A stretch of DNA of 64,000 bases from the human T2T-CHM13v2.0 reference genome, Homo sapiens: NCBI RefSeq assembly GCF_009914755.1, contig NC_060926.1; one strand, given 5' to 3'. A program made the translations under genes and the position numbers. This document shows positions 1 through 16,518 of this stretch, in pieces. Under the pieces are notes generated by a model. That model saw only the letters and a program-made list of their open reading frames with translations. It had not been told where the DNA came from and ran no database searches. The stretch's first letter is position 1. Each line of letters opens with the position of its first letter.

Positions 1-264
1 GTCAGTCAATGTGGCAAACTTCATTGTTATCTGATTTTAAGAAATTGCCACATCCACCCCAATTTTCAGCAACCACCACTCTGATCAGTCGGCAGCCATC
101 AACATTGAGGTAAGACCCTCCACCAGCAAAAACATTATGATTCACTGAAGGCTCAGATGATTGTTAGCACTTCTTAGCAATAAAGTATTTTAAATTAAAA
201 TGTGTACGTTTTTTAGACAAAATGCTATTGCATACTTACTAGACTAGAGTATAATGTAAACAAC
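1..264 (+). mobile_element. Tigger1 DNA transposon (TcMar-Tigger), 3' portion; terminal part missing
   Basis: Matches recalled Tigger1 3' consensus (gcaaacttcattgtt...aagaaattgccaca...ctgatcagtc...gaaggctcagatgat...aatgctattgca). Confidence 0.8.
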
Positions 265-500
265 TTTTTTTTGAGACAGGGTCTCGTTCTCTCACTCAGG
301 CTGGAGTGTGGTGGCGTGATCTTGGTTCACTGCAACCTCTGCTTCCTGGGCTCATGCGATTCTCCTGCCTCAGCCTCCTGAGTAGTTACAACTACAGGTA
401 CGTGCCACCAGGCCTGGCTAATTTTTGTATTGTTTTTGTAGAGGCAGGGTTTTGCCATATTGCCCAGGCTGGTCTTGGACTCCTGGGCTCAACCAATCTG
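265..500 (-). mobile_element. AluJ-type, truncated
   Basis: Poly-T then gagacagggtctc...ctcctgggctcaa; similarity stops abruptly near 500. Confidence 0.85.
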
Positions 501-620
501 ACTTACTTTTGTAAAATGCAATAAAATTAATGACCTGGGAAAATAAAATAGGTAAAACAGGTATATAAAGTACATTCCCAATTTTTAAATTATTAGATTC
601 AATAAACATAAAATTACTTA

Positions 621-664
621 TTTGTTATATGTGTGAATTTGTTATATGTGTGAATTTGTTATAT
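621..664. repeat. 17-bp tandem repeat (TTTGTTATATGTGTGAA) x ~2.6
   Basis: Exact copies at 621-637 and 638-654, partial third copy. Confidence 0.9.
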
Positions 665-735
665 ATGTATAATGTTATCAAGGTTTCTAAACTGCCACTT
701 TCTGTACTTACCTTGCAGTAGACTGGTAACAAATA

Positions 736-1547
736 TGTAAGCACTTGACAGATTTTTCTTGCCTGCTGCACAGAAAAGCCAATTCACTGAGACAGAAGTA
801 TTGCAGTAAAGAAAGAATGTAATAAATTCAAAGCTAGCCAGCTGGAAAGTTGGGAGCTTATTACTCAATCAGCCTCCCTGGGAACTCAGAGGCTAGGATT
901 TTTATGAATAATTTGGTAGACAGAGGGCTGGGGAATGGGTTCTGCTCACTGATTGGGGATGAAATTATGAGCGTGGAAAATGGTCCTTGTATGCTGAATT
1001 AGCTTCTGGGTGGGAGCCACAGGACCATGGGAAAAATTTAGTTATCAGTCTCAGGTCCAGGTAAAGTCAGTCAGTCACAAAAAAGCAAAAATCTGAAAAA
1101 CATCTCAAAAGACCAATCTTAGGTTCTACAATAGTGATGTTATCTATAGAGGCAATGGGGGAAGTCACAAATCTTGTGAATTCTGGCCACGTGACTCCTG
1201 AGCAGTAAGGGATTATAGAAAAGCAAGCTGGGAAACAATGGTTGGTTATTGTTTAACTATGCCTATATTTTAGCATAATTCAGGCATCTCTCATTAGCCT
1301 AATCTTGTGGCCTTTCATTACTCCTACAAAGGTGGTTTCAGTCCCTAAACAAGGAGGAAGTCAGTTTTAGGGAGGGACTATTATCATCCTTTCTTCAAAG
1401 TTAAACTATAAACTAAATTCTTCCCATGGCTAGCTTAGCCTATGCCCAGGAATGAACAAGGAGAGCCAGCCCTTGAGGCTAGCAGCAAGATTGAGTCAGC
1501 TATGCTGGATTTCTCTCACTGTCATAATCATTGCAAAGGTGGCTTCA
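736..1547 (-). mobile_element. ERV1 solo LTR, LTR8-family (LTR8B-like)
   Basis: TG...CA termini with 4-bp TSD AATA (732-735 and 1548-1551); reverse complement begins tgaagccacctttgcaa, typical of the LTR8/MER4 group. Confidence 0.8.
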
Positions 1548-1910
1548 AATAGATTTCAAAGACACTTTGGGTAGTATTGTGCTAGATAATATCAACCCTT
1601 TCTTTCAGTGTCAGTTAAGATATCACTTCCTCCCAGAGGTCTTCCTGACCACCCTTCCCCACCCCACATCTGAACTAGGTGGTCTCATAGAATCCTGTGT
1701 GTCCCCCTATCAGAACACGAATCAAACTGTGTTTGAAATGGGTCTGCCTTGCTGATTTGGGGGTGCTGCCATTGCCTCTAAGTGTGTCAACCTTTTGCAA
1801 ACATTCAGGGCTCCAAAGTCAGTAGTCATCACAATCCCTTCTGTAAACCAGTTGGCCAAAGGAGGTAAGTCTGTATGTGAAGGAAGAAATGCTGTTTGTC
1901 ATTAAATTTA

Positions 1911-2144
<234 letters not shown>

Positions 2145-2170
2145 TCAGTAATGTGAAAATAACAATTTTA

Positions 2171-2443
<273 letters not shown>

Positions 2444-5400
2444 ATTCCAGAGATGGTACAGTATGTGTGTCTTTGAATTGATAACATGTGGGTGTTAAAA
2501 TCTCAATCATCTGTCTTTTGAGTAAAGTCTCAATTGTCTGTCGAAAGACGATTTTGTAGAAAAGGATAAAACATAAAGTAAAGTATATTTACATTTAAGA
2601 TTATAAATACCTCTGCCAAAAGAGAGTATTTGTGGCTTCTTGTAATCCTTTGCAGATATTGTCACTAATCCCTCCTTCATTCCTCCAAATTATGTGTGTA
2701 CTTGGTATTCTTATTTCCTCATCCCCATCTTATCCCTCAAGTAAGTAAAGCCCTGGATACCTGAGTTAGTTAGTTATCCAAGACTTTGCAGTGAGTGAGT
2801 CAGAGAGGAATGAAATTTCTGTTCTCCTTACCCCCAGGTAGCATTGCCTAGAGCCATGCTGGGAAGATCACTCTGTAAGACAAACCAGGAAACCTAATTA
2901 ACAGGACAGGTCTGGTCCTGACTATACATTATTTTCATCTTCATATGGATGACTGATGAGGGGTGGCTATGACAGAGCTATCTGTATTGTCTGATCTGGG
3001 AAACTGTTTCTTTGAAAAGCTCATAAATTGACCTATTAAGACTATTATCTGTGTTCCAGAACTAAATAAAAGCCACAGCTGGAGACTCCAGTAATATGTA
3101 AACATGAATCTATATAAATTTGAATGTAAAATTGCCCAGAAATTTCTTGATGGACAAATTTTTATGTATGTTTTGCTTATCTATAACTGATCTCATAGCT
3201 TCCCTTGCTTACTGGGTATCATTATATAATAATTAGTGTGTTTATATGTGTTGAAGTATCTGCTAACTAGAATGATTTGGGATTTATCCAGCTTGATCCA
3301 AAAACAAATTTGGCCAGAGCTTTGATAATCCCTGCCTTCTAGGGATATCAATATATAAATAGTTCATATTAATATTTAGGAAGACAACAGACAAATGGCT
3401 GTTAAGAATGCCAAGACTTCCAGATAGACTAGTGATGCCAGAAATAACGAGTGGAATCTCAGGAGTGCAGAACATTTAGAAAATTATAGGTCTAGAAGAT
3501 GTGTTATTTTCCTGATAGTAGAAAAACATGTTGCCGTAGAAACAATATTAAAGTGACCATTAGAGTCCCGAGCCTTCCCACAAACACTTGTGTAGCCTAC
3601 GTTGAAGCTACCCTCTTATCCTGATAGTCCTAACCTGATTTCTGGCTGCTAGGACTCAGGGACTGGGAGGAGGAAGGAGGAGAAAGAAGGCGTTTGCCTT
3701 GCACCTTCTTTTCTTCATGTCTTTTTCTTCCTGGACCCCCTCCAGGCAGCAGTGCTCACAAGCTGCTTTATCTAGACCCTACCCAGGCTTGCTCCTTTTC
3801 CCCAAGGCCCCCAAGCATCTCAGTGACTTCCCTCCTTTTTGCCCAAATGAAACTCTTATTCCCTCTTGGCAACGGAAAGCAATCAGACTTAATTGATTGG
3901 CACCAATTTGTGTTTAACTGATTATTCCCTATATTCATCTATTCTCTAGGTCTGAATTTTAAAAAAATATTTTCCAAACTTTGTCCAATGGGTGGACTAT
4001 AGGCAGGGAAACAGTAGTGAAAAATATTTAGTGTGTGTAGAAGGAGGATGATATTTAAACACATACTCATAAACACAACAAAGTATATGAGTTATGGTTT
4101 TCAGATGTCAAGCAACAGAAACAAATGCTAATTCAAATATAAAAGGCATGAACTTGATGGTTGTGGGGTGACTCACAGAATCAAAAGGAAAGTTGAACAA
4201 TTAGGACAGACGGGAATCGTGAAGTTTGAGTGGAAGAGGAAGATGTGTTCTAAGCAGAACTGATGAGTGATATCTTACCAAATCAACTCCAACAGTCATT
4301 TTATCACTTGGCTAAACATTCAGATACCTGAATAGTCTCGCTTGGGTCAGAGACCTTCTGCTTAGCTGGGACTGGGCAAGGCACCTTGATTGATGGTCCC
4401 AACCAAGGGGAGAAGGTGGTTCACTAGGGTAAAACTAGGGTTCCATTCCTAGAAGAGTGGATAGACACTGGTTGGATGGCTCACTCTCTGCTAAGTGCTG
4501 TAGGTGCCAATCTCCTTGACCAGCTGTGCCTGGGATGGTGTCCGTGAGTTCAATCTCCTACTCTCTACTTTTCACAGCTTCTACCCTTTTAGAACCCACA
4601 GCTGATCCAAATCAGTTCATACAACAGCTCTTACAAAACAGCAACACCGATAAAGTGCCTGGTTAGCTCGTCCTGCCCCCAGTCCCCACTGTACAGGTCC
4701 CTGGAAAGTCTGACTGCTTTGTGGGAGCTAAGGGCAATGGACTGGGTTGGTATCCAGGTTGCACTTTTTATTTTGGTCCTCTGGGCAGTGTTCCAGTTAA
4801 AATGAGAAAAACAGGATTAATTCTAGTGACGTTTCATCCCCTCATAGAAGTATGGAGTCCTTCCTTTGTGACTACCATGGATCTGGCCTCTTAGAATGTG
4901 GAAAAGCCCTTGCTTTGCCCAAGGTAGCCTTTCTAGCAGGTGGATCTCAGAATTACTGTATTAAAAAAAGTCTAATTAATGACCAACGGAAGGAACAGTG
5001 ACACAGATTAATATTTAACCTGTTGGAAAGAGTAACTGTGTGTTTGGGGTTTAGTAACAGATCTGCAGCACAGGTTAACTCAGTCTCTGCCTCATCAGCA
5101 CTCCTTAGGTCGCTCTGTTCCCTAGACCACAGTCTTTCCTTGACTTCATTCCCCACCCCTATTCCTCTATGAGGAACTCAGGAGGAAACATGGAAGCCAA
5201 GCCTCAAACTGAGACTCGCTAGCCAAAGGCAGAGCTGAGTTTAAGTTTAATATTTACTCAGCCAGGAAATACTCTAATTAAGCCTTGCTCTTTAAATCTT
5301 AAAGCTCCACCCTGGAAGGACAGAAATGAGCTCTCCCAAAGGGTTTCATCCTGGGGATGAGGAATCCTTTTTCCCCTACATCCAAATATTTCTGAGATGG

Positions 5401-5569
5401 GGTTAGGCAGGTCTTCTTTCCAAGTTCAAAAGGCATAACTAAGATTGTGGGTTGAATTTCCATGGGATACCCAGATGGCTTCCAGAAAAAGAGCTGGCTG
5501 TGTAGATCCCTAATTCCAGACAGCCAGAAAGGATTCACTGAATATCTGGAGCAAAAGGAGATTTTCAAT

Positions 5570-5810
5570 GCAGGGAGGCAGTTTAGTATAAATATAGGAG
5601 CCGAAGTCAGATGTCCTGGGTCAAATCCTGGTCCCGCCACTGTTTTCTGTGTGACCTTTGAGTGTGACTCATATCTCTAAGCCTTAGTTTCCTCATGGGG
5701 AAGTTGCAGTAACAGTATCTACCTCATTGGACTCTGGAGAGAATTAAACAAAATAGTCCATGTAAAGTGCTTAGTACATAATAAGTGCTTAAAGAATATC
5801 TGCTATAAGT
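5570..5810 (+). mobile_element. MIR SINE
   Basis: Core ctgggtcaaatcctgg...ctgtgtgacctttg...ccttagtttcctcat...gtaaagtgcttag. Confidence 0.75.
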
Positions 5811-5819
5811 TATTTGACC

Positions 5820-6335
5820 ATTCAAAAAAAATGACTTGTGCCTAAAATGTACCAAATAATGTGTAAGATAATGGTACATATAGAGATATAATGGTATGTA
5901 TAAAACTCCTTTTTTCTGAAGAAGCTCACAGTTTAGTGGGGAAGCTAACATAGAAGTTATTCTTCTATGTTGTAATAATTGCGACAGAAAAGGTATATAA
6001 AAGTACTATTAACGTGCTTATTAGAGGAGAGAGAGTTCCTTCTATGAAGAATTTCAGGAAGGCTTCATGGTGACATTTAAGCTGTGTCTTTAAGAAAGTT
6101 TTAGAATTTTTCATGCCCAGAAAAGAGGATCAACTATTCCAGAAAGGAGGAACATCCTAAGCAGAAGCACAGCAATGAGAAAAATCTCAGTGTGTTTGGG
6201 AAGCAACAAAAAATTTGGCTGGAGTACCAGGGTGCAAGGTGGGTTTGGTAGGCAGTGGAGTTGGAAAGTCAAGGTTAAGGATGTCATGGGCCATGTTAAG
6301 ATGTTTAGACTTTATTTTGCATGATCAGTGTTCCA
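5820..6335 (-). mobile_element. L2 LINE fragment
   Basis: gaagctcacagtttagtgggg...ggaaggcttcatgg...ttggctggagt...gggccatgttaagatgtttagactttat resembles antisense L2 3' region. Confidence 0.55.
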
Positions 6336-6349
6336 TTAAGGAAGATAAT

Positions 6350-6460
6350 TTTACTGTGGCCATTATGGGAGTATTTACATCATGGGTATTGGCAAGCACT
6401 ACAAACCTGGCCTTTTTATTCCACAGAGTTGGTTGTTAAACATTTACCAGCATACCACTG
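6350..6460. mobile_element. hAT DNA transposon fragment (MER63-like)
   Basis: atgggagtatttacatc...ttggcaagcactacaaa...gttgttaaacatttaccagcataccactg terminus. Confidence 0.5.
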
Positions 6461-8418
6461 CATGTGCACACATGCGTGTAAATGTGCACGGACACACACA
6501 GACGTACACACACACACACACACTGCCCCAGGATAGATTTCTTCAATTTTTAAAATACAGGTGGTGTCACCTTTACCGTATGTCTCAGCACAACATATCA
6601 AGGAAAACGCTGTCATGCATTGAAATATTGTAGTATGTGCATCATTCACAATTAGAGTTTCTTACCAAGATATTTATCTGTCTCCCTTTTGCAGTAAATA
6701 ATGACATTACTAGACATACAGTACTTAGATTTCTCCCCAATCTCCCTTTAAGGAATTCCTTATTGTGAGGGGCCTCACCCAAATAAGAAACCTGTACCTA
6801 CTTTCTTAGGTGTAGTGTTTTTTCCCTATTTTAAGACCACAGTTAAGAGCACTTCCGGCACAGAACCAGAAGTCTTGCCAATTTCCCAAGTCCTTGAAAC
6901 AGTAATCACTCAGTAGCCAAGGATAAATTTACATTGGATGACTCTTTTGGCCTTTCTCACTAACAGAAATATATTTATTAATTCAGTGGCGTCACTGTAA
7001 TATTATTTCCTTGCTTAGTACAATTAGGCCAAGTGTAAGCTTAAAATAGAATCAAATATTGAATACATACTGTTTTAAGGCTGATGTAATATCTTTCTTT
7101 TTGCAAGCTCCGATTGAACATGCATATTTAACAGACCAGCCATACGGTGTTGGTGGGGGTGGGGGCAGCCAATGCTTTAGACTTTTAATCTACTTAATGG
7201 GAGAAAGGTTAGACATAATTAAATATCTTTAAGCTTGAATCTTTCCGTGCAATAAGTAAATGAATTAAATCTATCCAGGGGATAAAATAGAAACATTTGT
7301 CAAGGTAGCAATTTGGAAAGCGTAAGTCTCCTTCTAGTCAAACTTAAAATGTCTTGGCATCTTGGCCAAATGCCTGAAAGATATGTATCAGCCTTAGCAT
7401 ATTCTTAATAATAGCACTCATAAAAAGAGAGCATGAAAAGATGAATTCCCTCTTCTTTGAGCCCCAGGATTTTCCTTTTTATGTTTTTGGTCTCCATATT
7501 ATCCTATGAACTTGCTGGAAGAATGTTGGAGGTCCCAAAAGCAGCCACACCTTGAGTGGCAAAGGTGAGGCATTCAAACTCGGGCACCCTGAAGAATTTT
7601 CTACACCTGATAGATAGCTAAAATGCAGTATGGAGGACAGGCAAACATTGCTTTGAGAAGACTATATTTTCCTATAAGAAGAAAGTGCTTGGTTCCTGAA
7701 ATGATTAGGTTTCCACTTGGGCAGTAGAGCAGAATTCCAGGAAGGTGCTCGCAAGCATGACATCCTGCTGCCTCAGATACTATCTAGAGCCACTGTCCCG
7801 AGATCCTGGTTCCAGCTCAATGTAGAATTCTCAGTGTTGGTGGAAGCTGACATCAGTCACTCCTCTCTGCTACTTTGCCTGAGAAGACTGTGGTCCAAAC
7901 AGCTGCCTTTGCTAATGTAGCCTTGCATCCTGGCCCTACACTGTTCTGCCCTGCCTGTTGACTAGGAAATAATGCATCTACTTGCTAGCCAATAAAACAA
8001 ACTAGGTACACAGGATTCCTTGCGGATAATTCCCTAAGATAGTACTATGTCTGCAGAGAGATCTGCACTGCTATGAGCAGTGATCAGAAGGCTAGAGGAA
8101 GGGAGGGAGTGATAGGGAAGAAGAGAGGGGGCTCAGTAACCAGGGCCCCACATAAAGGCAAATCACATGGTGTCATGTGAAAGTAGCAAGAATTTCCATT
8201 AGCTGCTCTGATGCCTCGCCTCTAATATCCCAGAGGTCCCCTGTAACCTAAAATTTTAATCTTGGCCATTTCTTTGCTTCTCAGAATTAGGAAATGGAGG
8301 ACAGATGGTGACCAAGAGATCTTTCCCCACCTCCACTGCTTGCTCAAGCTCTTGGTCTCTCTCTCCTTCTCCCTCTCCCACACATGTACAAATGCACATA
8401 CACATGACAGACCTACAC

Positions 8419-8480
8419 TTGTGTGTGTGTGTGTGCGTGTGTGTATATATACACACACGCACACACATATATATATATAT
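8419..8480. repeat. Compound (TG)n/(TA)n/(CA)n microsatellite at an Alu tail
   Basis: Directly visible; abuts the minus-strand Alu. Confidence 0.9.
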
Positions 8481-8763
8481 TTTTAGACTAAGTCTCGCTC
8501 TGTTGCCTAGGCTGGAGTGCAGTGGCGTGATCTTGGCTCACCACAACCTCTGCCTCCTGGGTTCAAGTGATTCTCCTGCCTCAGTCTCCTGAGTAGCTGG
8601 GACTACAGGCATGTACCACCATGCCCAACTAATTTTTGTATTTTTAGTAGAGATGGGGTTTCACTATGTTGGCCAGGCTGGTCTCGAACTCCTGACCTCA
8701 TGATCTGCCTACCTCGTCCTCCCAAAGTGCTGGGATTACAGGCATGAGCCACCGCTCCCAGCT
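8480..8763 (-). mobile_element. AluS, full length
   Basis: Complete antisense dimer from agtctcgctctgttgcc to gagccaccgctcccagc. Confidence 0.92.
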
Positions 8764-9753
8764 TGTGTATGTATTTGTATAAGTCCTGATATTAGAGTTT
8801 GTTTCTGATTATGTTTTGCATTTTAACAGATATTTTTCTGGATCTCTGCTTTAAGAACACTGTATTGTCCTTTCTAATGATGACCTATGTCTGTGATCTT
8901 TCATCTCCATGTTTATTTTGAGCCACTGTTTCTTGATGCTAAGTTTTTAACATTTTACATTTTCAATTCTATCAGTGTGCTCTACATAACAGAGCTTGTT
9001 TGGGCCAAATACCCATAAAGAGAGTGTTTGCTTAACAATACAGTAGATTCTGTGTTTCCCTATTGACTCACCTCAAGCCCTGGTGCATGGAATATCTTGG
9101 CCTCACGAGCTACCTGGTAACCATCAAAATCACCTTATTTGACTGGGGGTATGAGGAGTGGGGGAAGAAGAATATGGTATGTAAGCTGTGATGACCAAGC
9201 CAAGGCCTTCCCTGGGCTCAAACTATATAAGAGACAATTGTCCCAGAGGAAATGCAAGGGTATGCATTTACCATGAGGTCCAGAGGATGGAGAGGCAAGT
9301 TCCTGAGTGATGCAGGGGAGGGGCAGACAGAACTGCAGTTTGAAGGTGGTTACCCAACACCAGGGGTCTCCAGGTGGTTCCCCAGGTGGAAGCCAAAGGA
9401 TGGCTGTTCCTTTCACCAGCTGGGGAGCCGAATGGCACTACTTTCTGCCCATTCCTGGATCAAGCGCTCCCTATGGCCAGTCCCCATGATGGCATTGTCT
9501 TTGAATCCCTGGACATCCTATTTCTGGAATGTCTGCCCAGTTTCCTATGGCCTTGAGCATTTTCTTCCCTGTGTTGTAGAGAGGTAACTCAACCCAGTCA
9601 TCTATTGTACTTTTCCAGCATTGTCTGTGAAGTAACAGAGATGAAACTAAGAAATGTGTGTGGCTGACATGGTGCCAGAGGGTCTCCACAGCCATGCATG
9701 CCTTTGTCCAGACTAGTGGGCATTGCTAGGCCTGAGATACTCGTGAAGGTCCT

Positions 9754-10440
<687 letters not shown>

Positions 10441-12366
10441 GTCCTCATGGATGGGATCCCCAAGAAACAAGCCAGGGATCTGAGATGCTGAGAATTCAGA
10501 CACAGGGATGAGCCCCCTCATCCTTGTTTTAACAAGCCCTGAGTTTGTTAAAAGTCTATGAGAAGCTGCTCATTTCCAACTGCAACTTTCACATATCCAC
10601 TCATCCTTAAAAAAAGAGTAGATGAAACTCAAACTCAAAGAGCTGGGCTCTTTCATGCCAAAAGTTCCCCAAACCTGTGAAACCCTTCCATGCAGCTTTC
10701 TCCACTGGCAGGACTTTGCACTTGGAGGTGATGACCCTGAGCTTGCATCATTTGTGATTTCTATTTAAAGGCAAACCCCAGACAGAGAAATATTTGCCAT
10801 AAATTGTTACAGCAACATGACATATGGCTTTTCTGCCACTAAGGTCACACTGCCATCGGCCTCTCACTTCCTCCTCAATTGCTTGTTCATTCCACAAGGT
10901 TTCCTCAATTTCAGCAATTCTTGTGGTGCAGATCTGCCTGCCCAGCCATTTATCACCAGTAATAACAAGGAGAGTTGTGATGTTTTACATCTCTACACAA
11001 TGATCTGAGTCTTGGAAGGCTTCCCAAACCCCCTTGCCCCTCTGCCTGGCCAGGCAGGGCCTCTTTTCCTTTCTTAGTGTGACATATCAGCAGTTTAGAT
11101 GCAGGGCTCTCCCGCTGGGTAGGAGCTTGTAGGTCACAGCGACATCCAACAGATTCATTAACATAGCAATCGCAGGAGAGAAAAGAAGCCCAGGCGATTC
11201 TGGTGAATGCTGAGCCGTGTTCTAAATTCTCATATAGAATCTCCATAGAACCAGGAAGGAGGGAGAGATCTGAGGCTCTGTTTTGCAAAAGAATTTTGGA
11301 GAGCCACCAGCTTGGAAATGAAGCTTATCAGGATGGAAAGAAAGCCACGCATTGCAAAGCCCTCCTGCAAACAAGCTCAGCTCTGGGGAGAAGGATATTA
11401 ACTAAAATAACAGCACGTGGTAGTCAACAAGTTCCCTAGCTGTGCCTTCACTGAAGCAGGTGAAAGTATTTTAAAATGTTGAATGAAGTGGGGGGAGGGG
11501 AACCCAGATAAAGCCAAGAATTCCTTTACTCTCTGCCAGTGGTTCTGTGAATTATTCCGTTGGAATACTGTGCCTTCTCTCCAGCCCTGTGTTTCAGAAT
11601 CAGGGGACCTTCCTGCAACCTACGGACATTTCCATAGATTTTGATGAACCTACCCTGGTGTCAGGGGTGGGCAGAAGGATGTGTTAATCAAAAACAAACT
11701 GAAAAAATGCATCTTTTGAGGAAGCAGGTCTGTGTGCCTTCATCCATCTGCATCTTGCCTGTGAGTGGCCTTCTAGACAGGCACCCATAGCTGGCTGACA
11801 CAGTGGCCTATGAGTGTTTGCCTGTCAGGGATAACTCTGGGGTAGTCCACAGCCAACAGAAAGCCTCCACACTTAAGGAAGGTCTGAGCAGTGGGCCATC
11901 TTGAACTCATAACCACATTTAGGGAACAAAAGCTATGCATAGAGATTTAAGGAATTAAAAACTCAGAAAAAAAGAACAACAATGGGATTGAAATGAGAGG
12001 GGACTGCTTTTTGCTACTGTCAAAGGCATGTGAACCAGAGCAGCTCCATCTTGAATAGGAGCTGGGCAAAATGAGGCTGAGACCTACTGGGCTGAATTCC
12101 CAGACAGTTAAGACATTCTAAGTCACAGGATAAGACAGGAGGCAGCACAAGATACAGGTCATAAAGACCTTGCTGATAAAACAGGTTGCAGTAAAGAAGC
12201 TGGCTAAAACCCACCAAAACCAAGATGGCCACGAGAGTGACCTCTGGTGGTCCTCACTTCTACACTCCCACCATCACCATGACAGTTTACAAATGCCATG
12301 GCAACATCAAGAGGTTACCCTATATGGCCTAAAAAGGGGAGGCGTGAATAATCCACCCCTTGTTTA

Positions 12367-12990
<624 letters not shown>

Positions 12991-13222
12991 AAAGACAGGC
13001 AACCAGCAGCCCTTGGGGCTGCTCTGTCTGTGGAGTAGTCATTCTTTTATTTCTTTACTTTCTTAATAAACTTGCTTTCACTTTACAGACTCACCCTGAA
13101 TTCTTTCTTGCATGAGATCCAAGAACGCTCTCTTGGAGTTGGGATCAGGACCCCTTTCCTGTAATACTACAACTACTTTTTTGGCCACAAATTTCAGAAA
13201 ACTTATATAACTGTTCTTTGGG

Positions 13223-13757
13223 TTTTTTTTTAAAACTTTTATTTTAGGTTCAACGGTACATGTGCAGGTTTGTCATATAGGTAAATTCATGTCATAGGAG
13301 TTTGTTGTACAGATCATTTTGTCACCCAGATACTAAGCCTAGTACTCAATAGTTATTTTTCTGATCTCTCCCTTTTCCCACCCTCTACCTTCTAGTAGGC
13401 CCCAGTGTGTATTGTTCCCCTCTATGTTTCCATGTGTTCTCATCATGTAGCTCCCACTTATAAGTGAGGACATGTGGTATTTGGTTTTCTGTTCCTGCGT
13501 TAGTTTGCTAAGGATGATGGCCTCCAGCTCCATCCATGTCCCTGCAAAGGACATGATCTCGTTCTTTTTTATGGCTACACAGTATTCCATGGCATATATG
13601 TACTATATTTTCTTTATCCAGTCTACCACTGACGGGCATTTAGGTTGATTCCATCTCTTTGCTATTGTGAATAGTGCCGCAATGAACATACATGTGCCTG
13701 TGTCTTTATAATAGAACTTTGTATATTCCTTTGAGTATATACCCAGTAATGGCATTG
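13223..13757 (-). mobile_element. L1PA (older, PA13-16-like) 3' end fragment
   Basis: Antisense L1 3' UTR; the ORF at 13339-13590 (IKKNEIMSFAGTWMELEAIILSKLTQEQKTKY) is the L1 ORF2 C-terminus. Confidence 0.9.
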
Positions 13758-14122
13758 GGCCAGCCACTTCCTACAAAAAGAGTGTACTTTACAAGTACAA
13801 TATTTGGAACTTAAAAAAAAAAACTAACAAACCAATGACCTTTTCTTAGTTTGTGACTGCATATAATCAAATACGCTAGTAAGTTGCATTTTTGCTTTCG
13901 AAGTCATCCTATTTCTCCCACTTTACGGTTTCTTTTGGTGGTGAGTTATTGTAAGGAAACTTGAATGATAGATGTGACTTGCTCTGTACTGGCTTTCCTT
14001 CCTTAGTACCGGCTGCTTCTTTTGATCAAAGAGCAAACCAGGGAGGAGCAGAGGAAGAAGGAGCAAAGGAGGACCAAATAGCTGCCCCTGGTCCCTCCCT
14101 CGGAAGCCCCGCCTCACATTAG

Positions 14123-14911
<789 letters not shown>

Positions 14912-15072
14912 TGTTTGTTAGTGGCTGAGAGTCGCTGTCTGCTCATGCTATTGATTTAGGTCCCTCTCGTGTCACAGCAAAGGGGGGAGTCGTGGGAGTG
15001 GGGAATCGGGGGCTGAGCAGGATGATTTGGTGTTTGAAAATGAACAAGTTGGGCTTTCTCTTGGAAGCACAG

Positions 15073-15115
15073 CAAGAATGGTACACACACAAGAATGGTA
15101 CACAAGAATGGTACA
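15073..15115. repeat. 13-bp tandem repeat CAAGAATGGTACA x3
   Basis: Three copies, first two separated by an extra CACA. Confidence 0.85.
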
Positions 15116-16193
15116 GAGGGGTTGGGAAAGGGGAAGGCTCGGGGTCTGCAGCTGCTGAGGGCACAGGCATTCTTGCCACTGGGCCTCCCGAAGGGCCACC
15201 AAGCAGGGCTATTGTGTTGTACAACTCCAGGGTCCCCGTTCACCCTGGGGACTGTCCCGCTGGCATACTAGGTCTGTGGGTTCCCATCTGGCAGCCTGAA
15301 GGGGGAGAGGTGACAAGGACAGTGAAAGCCCACAACCCCGCCCCCACCCCACCTGCCTCCCTAGCTGGCTTCGACTCAGTCATGCAGCTGGCTGAGTGGC
15401 AAGGGCGAAAGTCTCTGAAGGCCGAGATGTGCCCATGTGGGAGGGACCCTCTTCGTGGCTTTGCTGCATATTAAACATCTGCCATGTTATTCTATTTCCT
15501 GAATAGGGCCGATAACCAAAAGGCTCGTGAATGATGTTTGGAACTTGGCCTTCAAAACTGTACTTCATGCCTTACACATTGCCCCCTAGACATTTCTTTT
15601 ATACTCTTGGTGATTCTTCATTTGGGCCAAGTCCATTCGTGTGATGACTGAGTTTATAGTGTGGGCTCTGGGGTAAAGGGCTGGTTCATCACACTCTGAG
15701 GGCCTGGAGATTCTCTCAGGTTGCCTCGAGTAACAGTAGATGTTGTAAAAACAGACATGGCAGAAAATGGGGATCCCACAAGAGCCCAGGATGGAGGACA
15801 CCAGCTACCCACAGAAGAGAGAGTAGAGTTCAGGAGTTGGAATGATCTAAGTCTTCTCCAGGGCTTACTTTGTTGCTCCCTCACAGTGACAATTTTGTAT
15901 CCCCACCATTATGGTGACTGAGCTCTTTTCGTCTTTTCTTGGCTTTTCCCAGCATCCGCCCAGTGCCTTGCATTGTGTTTCATCCCCTGTGCCTTTGCTC
16001 TGTGTCGGCGTGTTCAGCTGGCCCTTCACTCAGGGAGAGCCATGGCTTCTGCTTACTCATGGCTTTGGTTCATCTGTGGACTCTCGCTGCTCGTTGCCAA
16101 TGAATCAGTGCTCTTATATGTTCAAACTCCACAACGACGGGCCTGGTTTAAACACCAACAATCTTCTGGATTTCATGCAAAGACACTCACCAG

Positions 16194-16518
<325 letters not shown>

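Noticed and set aside
13339-13590. 83-aa ORF with protein-like sequence
   Set aside because: C-terminal remnant of L1 ORF2 within a truncated L1.
14943-15474. 160-aa ORF and overlapping antisense ORFs
   Set aside because: Non-ATG start, no recognisable domain, includes a short tandem repeat; consistent with chance in a locally GC-richer patch.
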